Below are positions 1-12,487 of a DNA stretch of 64,000 bases, piece by piece (within the stretch, counting starts at the first letter, position 1; the number at the start of each line of letters is the position of its first letter). The position numbers were made by a program, and so were the translations under genes. Origin of the DNA: Emiliania huxleyi CCMP1516 (lineage: Eukaryota); NCBI RefSeq assembly GCF_000372725.1, contig NW_005201240.1, positions 154,250 to 218,249 of the forward strand, in the 5' to 3' direction. The notes under the pieces are model-generated. The model saw nothing but the letters and a program-made list of their open reading frames with translations. It ran no database searches and was not told where the DNA came from.

Positions 1-329
1 CGCCGCTGCCGCCGCACTGGCACGAGGCGCGGGACCCGTCCAGCGGAGCAGTCTACTACTACAACGACCAGTCCAGCGCCACCACTTGGCACCGGCCCGG
101 CCCGCAGGCGCTTGGCCAGGCTGCGGGAGCGCCGTCGAGCAGGCCGTCAAGCGCACGCGCCGGCGGCCGGCGGCCCGGCTCGGCGCGGACCAGGGCGCCA
201 GAGGCGCGGCCGACCACCGCCGACGCTTCGCTCGGGCCCCGCACGCGGGTGGGGGGAGGGAGGCCGCCGCCAGCACCGAGGCCACGGACAGCCATCTCGC
301 CGCGCGAGTACACCTTTGGCCGCGGCTAG
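1..329 (+). CDS. 3' end of a WW-domain protein (5' part outside window)
   Basis: Frame starting at nt 3 reads PLPPHWHEARDPSSGAVYYYNDQSSATTWHRP, a WW consensus (LP.GW...G..YYYN.....TW..P), then a low-complexity tail to TAG at 327-329. Not in the ORF track. Confidence 0.8.
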   Translation, partial: PLPPHWHEARDPSSGAVYYYNDQSSATTWHRPGPQALGQAAGAPSSRPSSARAGGRRPGSARTRAPEARPTTADASLGPRTRVGGGRPPPAPRPRTAISPREYTFGRG

Positions 330-605
330 CGAGGAGCGCGCCGGCGGGAAGCTGTTTTTTTGTAGTGTACAGGGTTGGCCATCCAGCCCACTACTTCAGG
401 GGTGTAAATCTGTTCTTCGTTGAGAGGGAGGCGCGGGCGCGGGCGCGGGGCGCGGCTCCGATCCAGCTCGCGGCTGCACTGTCGGTGCGCGGAGTGCGGT
501 GCGGCTGTGACCTGACACCGTCAGGGGCGGGGAACCCGCAATTTGAAATGCTCCGGCATCTCAAATTGCCCGATACGATCTCCATTTTAATTGAGATTGC
601 CTCGA

Positions 606-780
606 GCATCCCAAGATGCATGAAGCAATTCAGGATGCGCGCGCATCCTGAATTGCTTCGCGCATCCTGAATTGCTTCATGCATCTTGGGATGCCTGAGG
701 CAACCAAAGATGTCCACGACATCCCTGATTGAGCCATTACATCCTGAGATGCTGGCCGGAGGGCGCTGCATCTCAGGATG
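606..780. repeat. Palindrome / inverted-repeat cluster
   Basis: Perfect 38-bp palindrome at 622-659. 35-bp inverted arms at 606-640 and 660-694. A second 13-bp stem at 740-752/768-780. Confidence 0.9.
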
Positions 781-932
781 GCTGAATTGGCGTCGCCATC
801 CCTGAGATGTGGCAAGCATTTTCAAATGGATATTTTAATCTCAGATAAATAAGACAATCCAGAATGCGCGCGATGTGCGACGAGGCCTAATAGTCCGCAG
901 CGCCCCCAATGGTGCGCCGCGTGGAGGGCGAG

Positions 933-1980
933 CTCTCCCTCTCCCTCTCCCTCTCCCTCTCCCTCTTACTCTCCCTCTCACTCTCTCTATTCTCACTCTC
1001 CCTCTTTCTCTCCCTCTTTCTCTCCCTCTCCCTCTCTCTCTTACTCTCCCTCTCCCTCTCCCTCTCCCTCTCCCTCTTCTCCCTCTCCCTCTTCCTCTCC
1101 TCTCCCTCTCCCTCTGCTCTCTCTCTCCTCTCCCTCTCCCTCTCCCTCTCCCTCTCACTATAACTCTCCCTCTCCCTCTCTCCTCTCCCTCTCTCCTCTC
1201 CCTCTACTAGTAACTCTCTCCTCTCCCTCTTACTCCCTCTCCCTCTCCCTCTCCTCTCTCCTCTCTCCCTCTACCTCTTACCCTCTCTCCTCTCACTCTC
1301 CCTCTCCTCTCTCCCTCTTACTCTCCCTCTCCCTCTTACTCTCCCTATCACTCTCCCTCTCCTCTCCCTCTCTCCTCTCCCTCTTACTCTCCCTATCACT
1401 CTCCCTCTCCTCTCCCTCTCTCCTCTCCCTCTTACTCTCTCTACTCTCCCTCTCCCTCTCCCTCTCCCTCCCTCTCCCTCTGCTATCCCTCTCTCCTCTC
1501 CCTCTGACTATCTCTCCTCTCACTCTCACTCTTACTCTCTCTACTCTCCCTCCCTCCCTCTCCCTCTTACTCTACTCTCCGTATCACTCTCTCCTTTCCC
1601 TCTTACTCTTTCTCCTCCCACTCTCTCCTCTCCCTCTCCCTCTCCCTCTCCCTCTCCCTCTCCCTCTCCGCTACTCCCTCTCCTCTCACTCTAACTCTCC
1701 CTCTCCCTCTCCCTCTCCCTCTCCCTCTTCCTCTTACTCTCTCTCCTCTCACCCTCTCTCTCCCTCTCCCTCTTACTCTCCCTCTCACTCTAACTCTCCC
1801 TCTCCCTCTCTCTCTAAGTCTCCCTCTGACTCTCCCTCTGACTCTCCTCTCCATCTCTCCGCTCACTCTCTCCTCTCCCTCTCCCTCTCCCTCTCCCTCT
1901 CCCTCTCCCTCTCCCTCTCCCTCTCCCTCTCTCCCTCTCTCTCTCTCTCTCCCTCTCCCTCTCCCTCTCCCTCTCCCTCT
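933..1980. repeat. ~1.05 kb degenerate (CTCTCC)n polypyrimidine tract
   Basis: Directly visible. The overlapping RGRG, LPLP and ERER ORFs are artefacts of the repeat. Confidence 0.97.
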
Positions 1981-3630
1981 TACTTCCAACCGCCAGCACA
2001 CCGCCAGACGGGCCAGCCTCCTCCTCCGCGGCCAGGGGCCTGCGCAGCCGCCCACGCCGTCTGCTGCGCAAGCACAGCCGAGTGGCGTGCGGGGTGTGCA
2101 CGTCTAGATCTCGCACAGCCACGCGGCGGTAGACAATCAGCACGAGGCGTGATCTCCGAACGTCTCGGGCACTTCACTCGGGCCTGCCGAGCCCAACAGC
2201 GCAGCAGCTTCGAGGCCCAGGAGCAGCCTGCTGTGTCGCATGGGTCGCGCGATGCAGCAGTTGTTGGAGCGAAGAAGCCCTGGGTTGCCGACCGCACTCC
2301 AAGTGCCAAGAAGCCGGGGCGGCCCGGGGCAACAAGTTTGAGCTCGTCCGAGCTCCACTCGTCGCGGAGGCCAAGTTTGAGCTCGTCTGAGCTCCGAGCC
2401 AGGAAGCGGGCGACAATGTGAGGCATAGTAGATTTGAGCGGCCCCGAGCTCCGAGCCGTTTGTTGTTTGATGTGTGTGAGTGAGTGAGGTTACCGACTGC
2501 ACTCCAAGTGCTCCAAGTGCCCTCTACAGTCGTAGACGGAGAAATCGGTTTAGCCTCTCGTTTTACAATATGAAATTCAGTCCCGTGCCTAGTGTAAAGA
2601 AAGAAAGAAAACAGACACCCCAAGGGAGGGATGGTGCCTAGTGTCGTCCGAGGGAGTTTCGTTGTAAACTTCTTTGCGGCTCCAGTGGTGTACCTGTGTT
2701 AGTGCCAGTGCGCGCCAGTCCCGTGCCCAGTGTATAAATACAACGGACATCCCAAGCTAGGGCTGGGTTCTGGGGGTGAGCTGGGTCGGCCATCTCCGGG
2801 GCTGCAACTCGCACGGTGGGTCCGCTCCCGGGCGAGCATCCGAGGCCTGCGGTCGTCCCTTCGCTGGGCGCGACCGCCATGGAGTTCCGCTGCACACAGA
2901 TCAGTGCATTTGTCGACTATTGCTCGCTCTCTGTGCAATCGCAACGCCAGAGGCCGTGCTTGGAGAATGGGTCGCGATGCTGCTGCGCCAGTGGATTGAG
3001 CCGCTCCGCAAGCTCCATCGGTGAGCTGCGGTGGCGCGCCGGCCGCTTCATGCATAGCTCTCGGGCGAGCTGCCGCAAACGCGTTTTCCGTCCGCCCGTT
3101 TCATCGAGTTGCCCGAGTGGTAAAATGCAATCGAAGTTGCCCGAATGGTTAACTTTGGCATTTGGTAAAAGTTGCCCGAGTGGTCAGGGGGGGGAAAACC
3201 AAAGCGGAAAGGTGGCCCCAAGAGCTAAAGGTCAACATCCCCTCCGGCTACGACAATGCGAACCTGATCTGGTCCTCACGGGGTTGACCCGTCTCCTCCA
3301 GATCGAGACGGACTTCATGGACGGCCGAGCAATATTTCTTCCTTACTATTATTAACTAATGCTTTTTGCACGGCTGAGCCCCCCCCCCCCCCCCCAAATG
3401 CCCCATCTCTCCTTCCTACGTGGCTAGTAGAGGTGTCCGTTTTATTTATTTATATATAATTTATATATTCGCTCGCTCAATGGACACCAATGCCGCGCCC
3501 CGCGGCAACTCATGGTAGAGTTGGACACACATGAGTCATGTCAAAATTTAAGAGGATGGTACCCTGCGCCAGTGCGGTACTCCGCCTGCGCACACTCCCC
3601 GGTTTGTGCATGCACATCATGTGTGAGCGC

Positions 3631-5981
3631 CTACAATGAGGGCGCTGCGAGCAGGGCGACGAGGTCCTGGCTGAGCGCCACGACGCAATCCGAGAAGGTG
3701 AACCGCTTGTGGTCGTGCGGATCGGTCGCGAGCAGAAGCTCCTCCACCGCGCCCTCGCTCTTGGCCGGCGCGATCGCGCGGACCAGCATGCGGAACCTAT
3801 GTCGAACACATTCATGTTTGGACGCACGGCATCGCCTCCCGCGCATGGCTTCGTCGCATCGCGTGAAGCAGACAGCCGAGAGACGACGGGTGTCTCAGCG
3901 AACGCTAGTTGGAGTGTGGGGGCGTGTCCCCGCATCTGGTTCGCGGTACGCATCCTCGTCGAGCACTCCGCGGCCTACAGGAAGGTTCCGGGAAGGCTCC
4001 GAGAAGGAGACAGGAGAGAGGGCTCGCCGACACTCTCTTCTGCCGGCGGTGTCGAGGGAGCGGAAGAGGACGACAAAGTGCTCCAGGAACTGGCGGTGGC
4101 CGTCGAGCTGAAAGTCGAGCAGCACCTGCGAGAAGCTTCCGAGAAAGTTCCGAGACGGCTCCGAGACGGCTCCGAGAAGGGGTGTCCAGGAAGACGAGAG
4201 CTGAGAGGGGAGGGACACCTGCAGCAGCGCCTTGTACGGCAGGGGCCTGCCGGCCCGCCTGTTTGCAAGGTCCCGAGCAGGTTCACTCCGCAGCGGTGCC
4301 GCGTTCTGCCCCGGCCCGCTCGCTCGCCTCGCAGCCGCCCCGCCGTCGCTCTCCCGCCGAGAGCGAGGCGCGCTGCGGCGGGGTCGCGCTCCCCCCCCCG
4401 CTGCCCCTCCTCCTCCCCCGCGGGGCGGTGAGTCTGCGGCGAGGGAGGCCGCCTGACACAGACACGCACCGCTCAAGAGAAGAGCTTCCGCGCTCGGCGC
4501 GTAGCGAAGTGCGGACTCCTTCTGCGCTAGCCTCGAGAGGAGGAGGGCCGCGTCCTCGGGCGCGTACCTGAGGGGCCGGGGACGTGTCGTGGACATGTCC
4601 TGCCACGTGTCGGTGCCGAGTCCGTTGGCGCGTGCATGTACAGCACAACGTCCCTCCACTCCTCCTCCTGCACCACGCCGCGCGTCTTTGCGAGGACTGA
4701 GCTCGCAACCTGCGGAGGCCGCGAGACAGGCGAGGGCGTGAGCAGGGACTGCCGCGCCGTTGCGAGCACCGCGCTCCCCACCTGTGCGTCCGACTTGTGC
4801 GGGTGCCTCCCCTTGAGGTGCGCCGTCAGCAGCGCGCGCACCGTCTCTTTGAGCTGCCGCTGCACGAGGCGGAAGGGCTCGTCTACCTGAGAGCCGAGAG
4901 AGAGAGAGCCGAGGTCGAGCCGAGATACGGACGCCGCACGGAGGCGGAAGGGAGGCGGAAGGGGGGCGTCGTCTTCCTCGTTGCGCAGGATGGCGCCGAA
5001 GGTGGCGACGTCGTTGTCCTCAGCAGAGAAGCGGCGCACCGCGTCCAGACAGGCGTCCACGTCGCGTGTGATGAGCTGCTTGAGGCCGTACTTCGTGTTG
5101 AGGTACGAGTACAGGTGCTGCTCCACCGTCTCGCGCAGCAGCTTGGCGTCCTGCGCACACCGCTCGTCGTGCCGCGCCTTGGAGGCGTAGAGCTCGTCGA
5201 TGAACTCACGCGCCGCCTATTCACAGCAGGAGGTGTGAAGAGACGCTGTTCACAGCTCGTCGATGAACTCGCGCGCCGCCTTGAGCGTCAGCGCCCGCCC
5301 CCCCCCCGCCGCCTCCCCCTCCGCCCGTGCCGCCTCGCCAGCCTCCGCCGAAGACGCCGACGCCGCCGCCGACAGAGACGACGCGAGACCGGCGGGCGGG
5401 TGCCGTTGCGGCAGCAGCGCGGTGGCGGCCGCCGCCTCCGCCGCCGCCACCTGCGCCCGGCGCCGCTCGCGCACGAGCGCGTCCGCCGCCAGCTGGGAGG
5501 CGCGCACCGCCTTGGTCCGCTCCTCCTCTGCAGCTTGCACTCTCCGCCCGAGCTCACCGGAGGCGTCGGACAGCGCCGCCGCCTCCGCCTCGGCGCGGCG
5601 TGCGCGCGCGCGCGCCTCGTCGATCGACTGCTCGCCCTCCCGCACCGCCTCTCCGACCAGCGCCGCCATCTCCTGCACGAGCCGGTCGTGCCACCCTCCC
5701 AGCTCCTGCAGCAGCGACGGCAGGCCCTTCGCCTCCTCGCCGGCCGCACCCGCCACCGCGGAGAGCTCGCCGATGCACTGCTGGTGCAGAGCGTGCCGCG
5801 CCATGAGCGTGTCGACCTGCCGAATCAGGCGGGGCTGCGGCTGTCCCTTCTTGGCCAGCGGCTCAAAGGGCTGAAGCTCCTCGAGCGCCCGGATGGTGGC
5901 ACACGCGCTCTCGGTTGGCGAGGCTGAGGTCGCCGCTGCCGTGCCACCGCTGCCTTCGGAGAACTCGAGAAAGGGATCCAT
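3631..5981 (-). CDS. Multi-exon coiled-coil/EF-hand-like protein, similar to the TSNAXIP1-like family of flagellated protists
   Basis: Exons read MEQHLYSYLNTKYGLKQLI...EDNDVATFGAILRNE|VDEPFRLVQRQLK, LLDFQLDGHRQFLEHFVVLFRSLD and DPHDHKRFTFSDCV. Family assigned from memory. Start codon uncertain. Confidence 0.65.
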
Positions 5982-8346
5982 CGACTTCGACCTCAAGCCC
6001 GACTGCTGTCAGGGAGACTCGTGTCGGATCTGCGACGCGACGCGAGGTCGACTTCGGAGCTGGCGGTTCGGAGCCGGTGGCTTCTCTATGTCGCTGTTCC
6101 AGTAAACCAAGGGGCCAAAATCCTGCTCGTGGGGACCCTCGCGAGTCAGCCCTCGGTCAGGTACTGCCAAAGGCGGCCACAAGCAGCACCATCGCTACCA
6201 GCGCCACCGTGCCGGCGCTGGTGAGCTCTGCGGCCCGTGTAGCGGCCCCTTAGCCCGTCGCCCGGGCACATGGCGCCCTCACACCGCTCCTCGCCCCCGT
6301 CTCGCAGGCCAAAATCGTCGACATCGCGTCGGCACTCTCTACGGCGCGCCTGGGCTCGCAGAGGGCGGCCTGGGCGGTGCAGGGTGGCTGGGCTGCCCCC
6401 CTCGCGCGGTGTGCCAAGCCTCGGGGGTCGGGGATACCATCTAGGGTCGCCGAGGGGGCGGGTCGGACGCCCGATCCGGCTGCTGGCCGGAGGACGTCGC
6501 CGGTTCCGCGATTTTGGGCGCCCCAGTCGCCTCCAGCCGGGCCGAGCGGCGCCAGCTGGTAGCTGGGGCCGCAGGGCGGTCGGGCCGACACCGTATGCTA
6601 GTCGGAGTGGATTGTCTAGGGGTGTAAAGGTCGGTAGAGTGTCCGTTTGTGGCCTCCGGACGGGCTCTGGTCGGGAGCCCGCCGGGCCGGCTGAGGCTGT
6701 GTGTCCGTCCACTGTGGACCCAGTGATGGCCTAGGAGCCCTGCACGGACGGTGTTTATGCTATATAACACCTGCGGACCGGAAGGTACCGCCGTGGCGCC
6801 GCGAGGGGCCGTCTAAGCGCCAGCGTGACCCTTCCCGGGCCCCCTTGGGTGGGCTCCGGTGCACCCGGGAAGGATACCATGCGCGGATCGACGCCCGAGA
6901 GATCCTGCCCCGAACGCGACGTGACACCACGCTCTGGATACACGCGTGGCGCGTACCATCCAACGAATTCTCAGGGCGCTGATACTCCGCCGAAGGTTTC
7001 GTAACGTGGCGCGGCTAAACCTTCGCCGGTTTTCCGTGAGAGAGCCAGAGCGGACCAGGCAGACAGAGAACACGCAGCCAACCGCAACGGCTTAAAACTG
7101 CATTTCCGGGCCAAGGCGTATTCCCAAACGACCGCAATCTCCTTACCTGGGAGACTGCTATGATGAACTTAGGTTACTTTAACCCAGAGTTGTAACTGTA
7201 GTATCACGCGACCGTTATACACACGGCGCCCCCCTCGCCCCCTGAGATTCGATTGAGATGCAGATGTCGACAGATGAGCTCGCCAGCTCGCGCGTGTGTT
7301 TCGTCGGTCGGCCGTCCTCTTTACACATCTCATTGAGATTGTTATCTAAATTCCATGTTCACAGCAATTATCGCCCCCTTTTCCCTCGCCGCGTAACTAG
7401 CGCCCCTTTTGAAAACTTTTGTTTCTTTAAACCCTTTTTTTCACCACCTGAGATCCCAAATCCCCATCCCTGCAATTATGACCCCATCACCCCAACTGCC
7501 CTGCCCTGCCCTGCCGTACTGTACTACCTGCCCGCCCGCATACTGCCGCACAACTGCCCTGCCCGATCCCCTACCTTCCACGGGTGTGAAACCCACACTG
7601 ACCACCCCTGCCCAAACCACACTGCCGAGGTGTGAATAACTGCCGCTCGCGAGGTCTCGGAGAAACTTATGAGCCGCGTATTATGGTGACAGCTGACGGC
7701 GGGATTTCCACTGGTTGGTGTTTCGTCCTCCTCGGAGTCGTCATCCCCGGCTTCCTTCCGCTCGGCTCTACGTTCAGTACGTTCGGCGTGGCTCACCCTC
7801 CATGCCGTGAACAGGCGCTTTATCCATCCTATGTTCTTCTCCCGCTCCTCTGCCCTTGCCTTGCTTGGTCTTGTCGTTGTTTCGCACCCATGTCTGTATG
7901 GCAATCGAAGCTGCCTTCCCTACTACCTGCAGTTCGCTGGTCACTTCCCCGGCGTGAGCGAAAAAGAAAGAAAGAAAGAAAACGGACAACCCAAGGGAGG
8001 GACAAGACACACACACCTCGCAGAGATTTCTTCATCCGAGGGAAAAAGAAAAAGCACTGCGCCGCGTGCCTCAGGTCCGCCTCCACAGACAGCTCTCACT
8101 CCTCTTGCCGCACGCCGGGGCCAAGGGGGCGCCGCAGACGAACAGCGCGCGGCCCCCTCGCCTCGCCGCGTGTCTCCGCTCGACCCTCCACCGCTCGCTC
8201 CCTCTCGATCGCGCGGCGTGTCTTGCCGTCGCGAGCGTCAGCCCGCGGGATGCCGCGAGCGAGGGCGCTGGGGGTGCCACTCTCGCCGAGTCGACACTCG
8301 TCCGACCTGTGCCCCGTCCCCCGCCCGCCCCGCGCGCAGTCCAGCC

Positions 8347-8796
8347 ATGGTGAACAAGAGGACCAAGAAGGCTGGCATCACCGGCAAGTACGGTGTGCGG
8401 TATGGCGCCTCGCTGAGGAAGACTGTCAAAAAGATGGAGATCTCGCAGCACGCGACGTACACGTGCGTCTTCTGTGGCAAGGACTCGATCAAGCGCGTGG
8501 CGACCGGCATCTGGCACTGCAAGGCCTGCAAGAAGACTGTTGCGGGCGGCGCGTACACGCTCAACACTGCACAGGTGCACGTCCCGTTCCCCCCCCCCCC
8601 CCCCCTCCCTCCTGCGCGACGCCGCAACCTCTCTGCGCTTGCTCGGAAACCCCCCGACCCCCCCCTCCCCCCTCTCTCCCGCCTGCCTGCTCCGCTCGCC
8701 CACTCACCCTCACCCCTGGCCGCCCCGGCCGCCCCGCCACAGGCTGCGCAGGTGCGATCGACGATCCGCCGCCTGCGGGAAGGCACCGAGGTTTAG
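8347..8796 (+). CDS. RPL37A: 60S ribosomal protein eL43 (L37a), 93 aa; exons 8347-8574 and 8743-8796
   Basis: [25 protein letters not shown]...CVFCGK...GIWHCKAC...[14 protein letters not shown] intron at 8575-8742. Confidence 0.97.
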   Translation: MVNKRTKKAGITGKYGVRYGASLRKTVKKMEISQHATYTCVFCGKDSIKRVATGIWHCKACKKTVAGGAYTLNTAQVHVPFPPPPPLPPARRRNLSALARKPPDPPLPPLSRLPAPLAHSPSPLAAPAAPPQAAQVRSTIRRLREGTEV

Positions 8797-9126
8797 AGGG
8801 CGTGCGCGTAAAGAGTCATGTGCGTCGGGGGAGGGTGTTGGGCGGCTGACGGTGGGGCGCGCTCGCGCTGGTGAGGGCGATTCCGATTGCAATGCACACA
8901 GAGCGTGCTCTCGCTTGTGGACAGAGTCCACCCGGCCAGTTAGCATCAGCAGCCTCTTCATGAATAGCTCTGAAGAGCTCTCTAATGAAAACAAGAAAGG
9001 ATAGCGACCTCTGAACACGTCCTCCGCCCCCGCACCTCCGCCACCCCGCACACCCGTGGGCCGTGGCCGCGTGCACCCGAGCATAGCCGTGTTGCGTGTA
9101 GGGGCTGTAGCGGCTCGCCTCGCATC

Positions 9127-10320
9127 TCAGACATCACCCTGGATCACGCCGCACTCCTCAAGGGCCATGCCACCCCGCCGTAGCTCTCTCGAGCGCCGCG
9201 GGCACCACCTCGAAGTCCATCTCCGGCCGCCGCACACGCACATGAGGAGCGCGACGCCGCCGGGCGCGACGTGCTTTGCGACAGTTACAGTTGCCCAGAG
9301 GGCCGGCAAGCAGCTCCCCAGAGCAGCTCCCCGGCTAGGCGAGGTCTGAGCCGATCAGGACAAGGGTAGGGGAGGGCCACGGGGCCAGGGGTCAGGGCTA
9401 GGGCCAGGGCCAGGGGTAGGGCTAGGGGTAGGGGTAGGGGTAGGGGAAGGGGTAGGGGTAGGGGCATTCCGCGCGTCAGGTATCGCGGCTGTATCTCGGC
9501 TGTATCTCGGCTGGCATCTCGGTGGCACCTCCGCGCGGGCTCAAAGTCTGCCGACAGGCATTCGTCCCAGTCTAGCGATGCCATCCTCGCGGGCACGCCT
9601 GACAGCGGCCTGAGGAAGGCGAAGCTGTACGAGTACTGACTAGCACTCCTCTCACAGCGCCGCACTCTCGGACACGCCGTTCCGGCGCGCGTTGGCGGCG
9701 AGGCACGGCCCAGACTTGAGGAGCGCTCCTCATCGCCGCAGAGGTCGGAGAGAGTGACGTGCGCCGCGCCTAATCTCGCGTGATCGGGAGATCTCGTGAC
9801 GGTCTCGGGAGATCTCGGCAGGCGGGGCCGCGCGCCGGCAAGCGCGGCGCTGATGCCTCCCACCCCGACGCCGCTACCGAGCTCGAGCACAGCTTTCCGA
9901 GTGTCGTTGCAGCCATGAGCTGAGGCCGACGCCGGCGTCCCACACCCGTGCGCCGACGCCGCACGCGGCGTCCGCTTCCTTCACCCGCTTCACCCTCAAG
10001 CCGGCTCCACAGCTTCCCGCTCCGGGGCCTCTCGCACTCGGGAGCAGAAATCTCCTTGTCCCGCCTCCCAGCCGCCCGCACGCCGCCGGGCCGCACACGG
10101 GTGCGCTCGGTGTCCGGCGCCTCAAACTCGACCAGCGGCGGCGGAGGCGTCGCCCGCCCGCAGGCTGCTCAGATACTCTATCACGAGACGGTCCTCATCC
10201 ACCGCGACCACGCCACGCTGCCGGAGGAGCCAAAAGTTGGTCGGCGTGCCGATCGTTCCGAGCGGCGGCTGGGTGCGCGAGCGTCGGAAGACAGGCGCGG
10301 GAGAGGAGCAGCATCCCGAG
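9127..10320 (-). pseudogene. METTL21/Methyltransf_16-like SAM-dependent methyltransferase, possibly disabled
   Basis: Motifs GARVWDAGVGLS, VLELGSGVGVGG, VTLSD, LDWDE and VLIGSDLA*. An in-frame TAG (~9335-9337) sits where the DxxY tyrosine is expected. Boundaries approximate. Confidence 0.6.
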
Positions 10321-10621
10321 TAGCAGTCGCAGCGGCAGCAGAAAAAGAAGGGCGAGCCTGCGTAACGAGTGGAACTCGTCGCGCGGCATGCCGGCCAGGG
10401 CCTGGGTATGCGGTGCAAAGAATTTTTTGTGACTCTTTTCTCCCAGTAAGCTAAAAGTCGTACATTTCGAGAGAGAACGTACATTTCAGAGATTTGTTGT
10501 ACAGTCTGTTGCGGGCATTGAGAAACCTTACCATTAAGAAACTCTACCAAGCGATTTCCGCAAAAATCTAAGAAACCACGGCGCGCGCGCCGAAGGCGCG
10601 GTCTCGGAACCGTACCCGTAC

Positions 10622-11493
10622 CGTGCGAGCCCCGCAGAGGTGCGGGCGAGAGGGCGGCCCGAGCCCGAAAGGGCCCGCCCTCGGCGTTGCTCTACATGGT
10701 AACGGATAAGAAGAGAAACACCCCCGGACTGGGACGCCGGCAGTCGAGTCGGGACACGCTGTGGTTCAGACGTCCCCCCCCTCGACGCAGTCGAGTCACT
10801 GACATGAATAGGGAGGAGAAAGTGTCCCCCACATATCACCACAGACGCAGCACAGGGGCTCCAATCCTGTCCCAGCCTGGGGGGCCTCGCTAGATCTCCA
10901 GTGGGGAGTGCGAGGGCTGGATCGACTGCAGTGTGGGTTGTGGACCGTCGGGATAGCGTGTGGCGTAGATGTTCTCCTGGAAGTAGAGAGGCCGATGTCT
11001 CTCGCCCTGCAGGAAGGAGAAACTCGGATGGTTGAGTGAAAACTCCTCCCTGCGGTATGTGCGCAGAACGGGTTGCGCTATGTGCAGCACGGTGTTGAGG
11101 GCTCGGGAGGGCAACGACGGCGGCGTTGCCGAGCTCGTACAGGGGCCTCAATCCTGTCCCTGATGGGGTGCGCCTCTCGCCGCGCGCGTAGCAGTCGGCG
11201 CGCGGGTAGCCTCAGAGATGCGCAGAGCGAGATGCGGTTATCGGCGAACCAAGCCCTGGGCTTGGATAAGGCGCGGCGTAGCCGCGGCGCAGTGGATAGC
11301 GTGAAGAGCCCACTCACTGTCGTGAGCAGACCGCCGCTACCACGTGCGAGCCCCGCAGAGGTGCGGGCGAGAGGGCGGCCCGAGCCCGAAAGGGCCCGCC
11401 CTCGGCGTTGCTCTACATGGTAACGGATAAGAAGAGAAACAGCCCCGGACTGGGACGCCGGCAGTCGAGTCGGGACACGCTGTGGTTCAGACG
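10622..11493 (-). mobile_element. TRIM-like non-autonomous LTR element (872 bp)
   Basis: 151-bp direct repeats at 10622-10772 and 11343-11493 (one mismatch seen). 5-bp TSD CGTAC at 10617-10621 and 11494-11498. On the minus strand a PBS-like TGGTAGCGGCGG follows the 5' repeat and a [13 protein letters not shown] precedes the 3' repeat. Confidence 0.88.
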
Positions 11494-12048
11494 CGTACTA
11501 CTCAAAAGTACAATATACTTTCTCACAGCACTAGCGAGATTTCGCGCGGAGGGCGTAGTGAAGCGCTGGGGCGCTCACTGTGTGTTATTCGGGTGGGGAT
11601 CCATCAGTGGTAACCGGCTTTAGTCACAGATCCAAGCTCAGACGCCACACCAACACCACAAACACGCTCACTTCGCCGCTGCTGTAGATGGGCCCCCGGG
11701 GGCCCATACTACGTCGAAGTACGGACCCGATCTCGGCACTCACGGGCTGTCACGCGCCCGCGCGCGGCGCGGGCCGCACCGCCCATGCCCCCGGGTCACC
11801 GACCACGCCTCTCGGCCCTCTCGGCCCTCAGGAGCGTGCGGGAGACCGGCGAGGGGCGCGCCGCGCGCCGCCTGCAGAGCCGCCAGAGGCATTGTCGCCT
11901 CCGCTGGCGGGGTTCCCGCGCGCGCCCGCCCGCGCCCGGACCCGCGCCCGCTGCGCCCGCGGGCTCCGGATGCGCCGCCCTCCGTCTCCTTCTTCTCGAT
12001 GGCAGTCCGCACGTGCTTGTCGACGGGTCGGCGGCGTGGTCGAGGGGA

Positions 12049-12487
12049 AGGTCGCCGGCGGCCGCAACTCCGCCGCCGTCGCTCCGCCGGCTCTGATCGA
12101 GTATCGGGCGTTGAGGGCGGCGGCGCAAGCGGATCTGGCGCATCCATCGCCACGAGCCTCGCGACCGCGGTCGTGGCACACCTGGCGGCGGCTCTCGGGG
12201 CCGTCTCTACGGCGCTCGACGCCGTGTGAGGTCGCCAGCGGCCGCAACTCCGCCGCCGTCGCTCCGCCGGCTCTGACCGAGTATCGGGCGTTGAGGGCGG
12301 CGGCGCAAGCGGATCTGGCGCATCCATCGCCACGAGCCTCGCGACCGCGGTCGTGGCACACCTGGCGGCGGCTCTCGGGGCCGTCTCTACGGCGCTCGAC
12401 GCCGTGTGAGGTCGCCGGCGGCCGCAACTCTGCCGCCGTCGCTCCGCCGGCTCAACCGAGTATCGGGCGTTGAGGGCGGCGGCGCAA
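12049..12487. repeat. 180-bp tandem repeat, ~2.4 copies
   Basis: Units beginning AGGTCGCC(G/A)GCGGCCGCAAC at ~12049, 12229 and 12409. Confidence 0.9.

Noticed and set aside
841..2143. RG-, LP- and ER-repeat ORFs
   Set aside because: Translations of the CT microsatellite.
7158..7246. Possible C/D snoRNA (ATGATGA...CTGA) upstream of RPL37A
   Set aside because: No terminal stem or rRNA guide could be identified.
9383..9464. (GGGGTA)n / (GGGCTA)n telomere-like tract
   Set aside because: Short, degenerate and intronic; an ordinary simple repeat.
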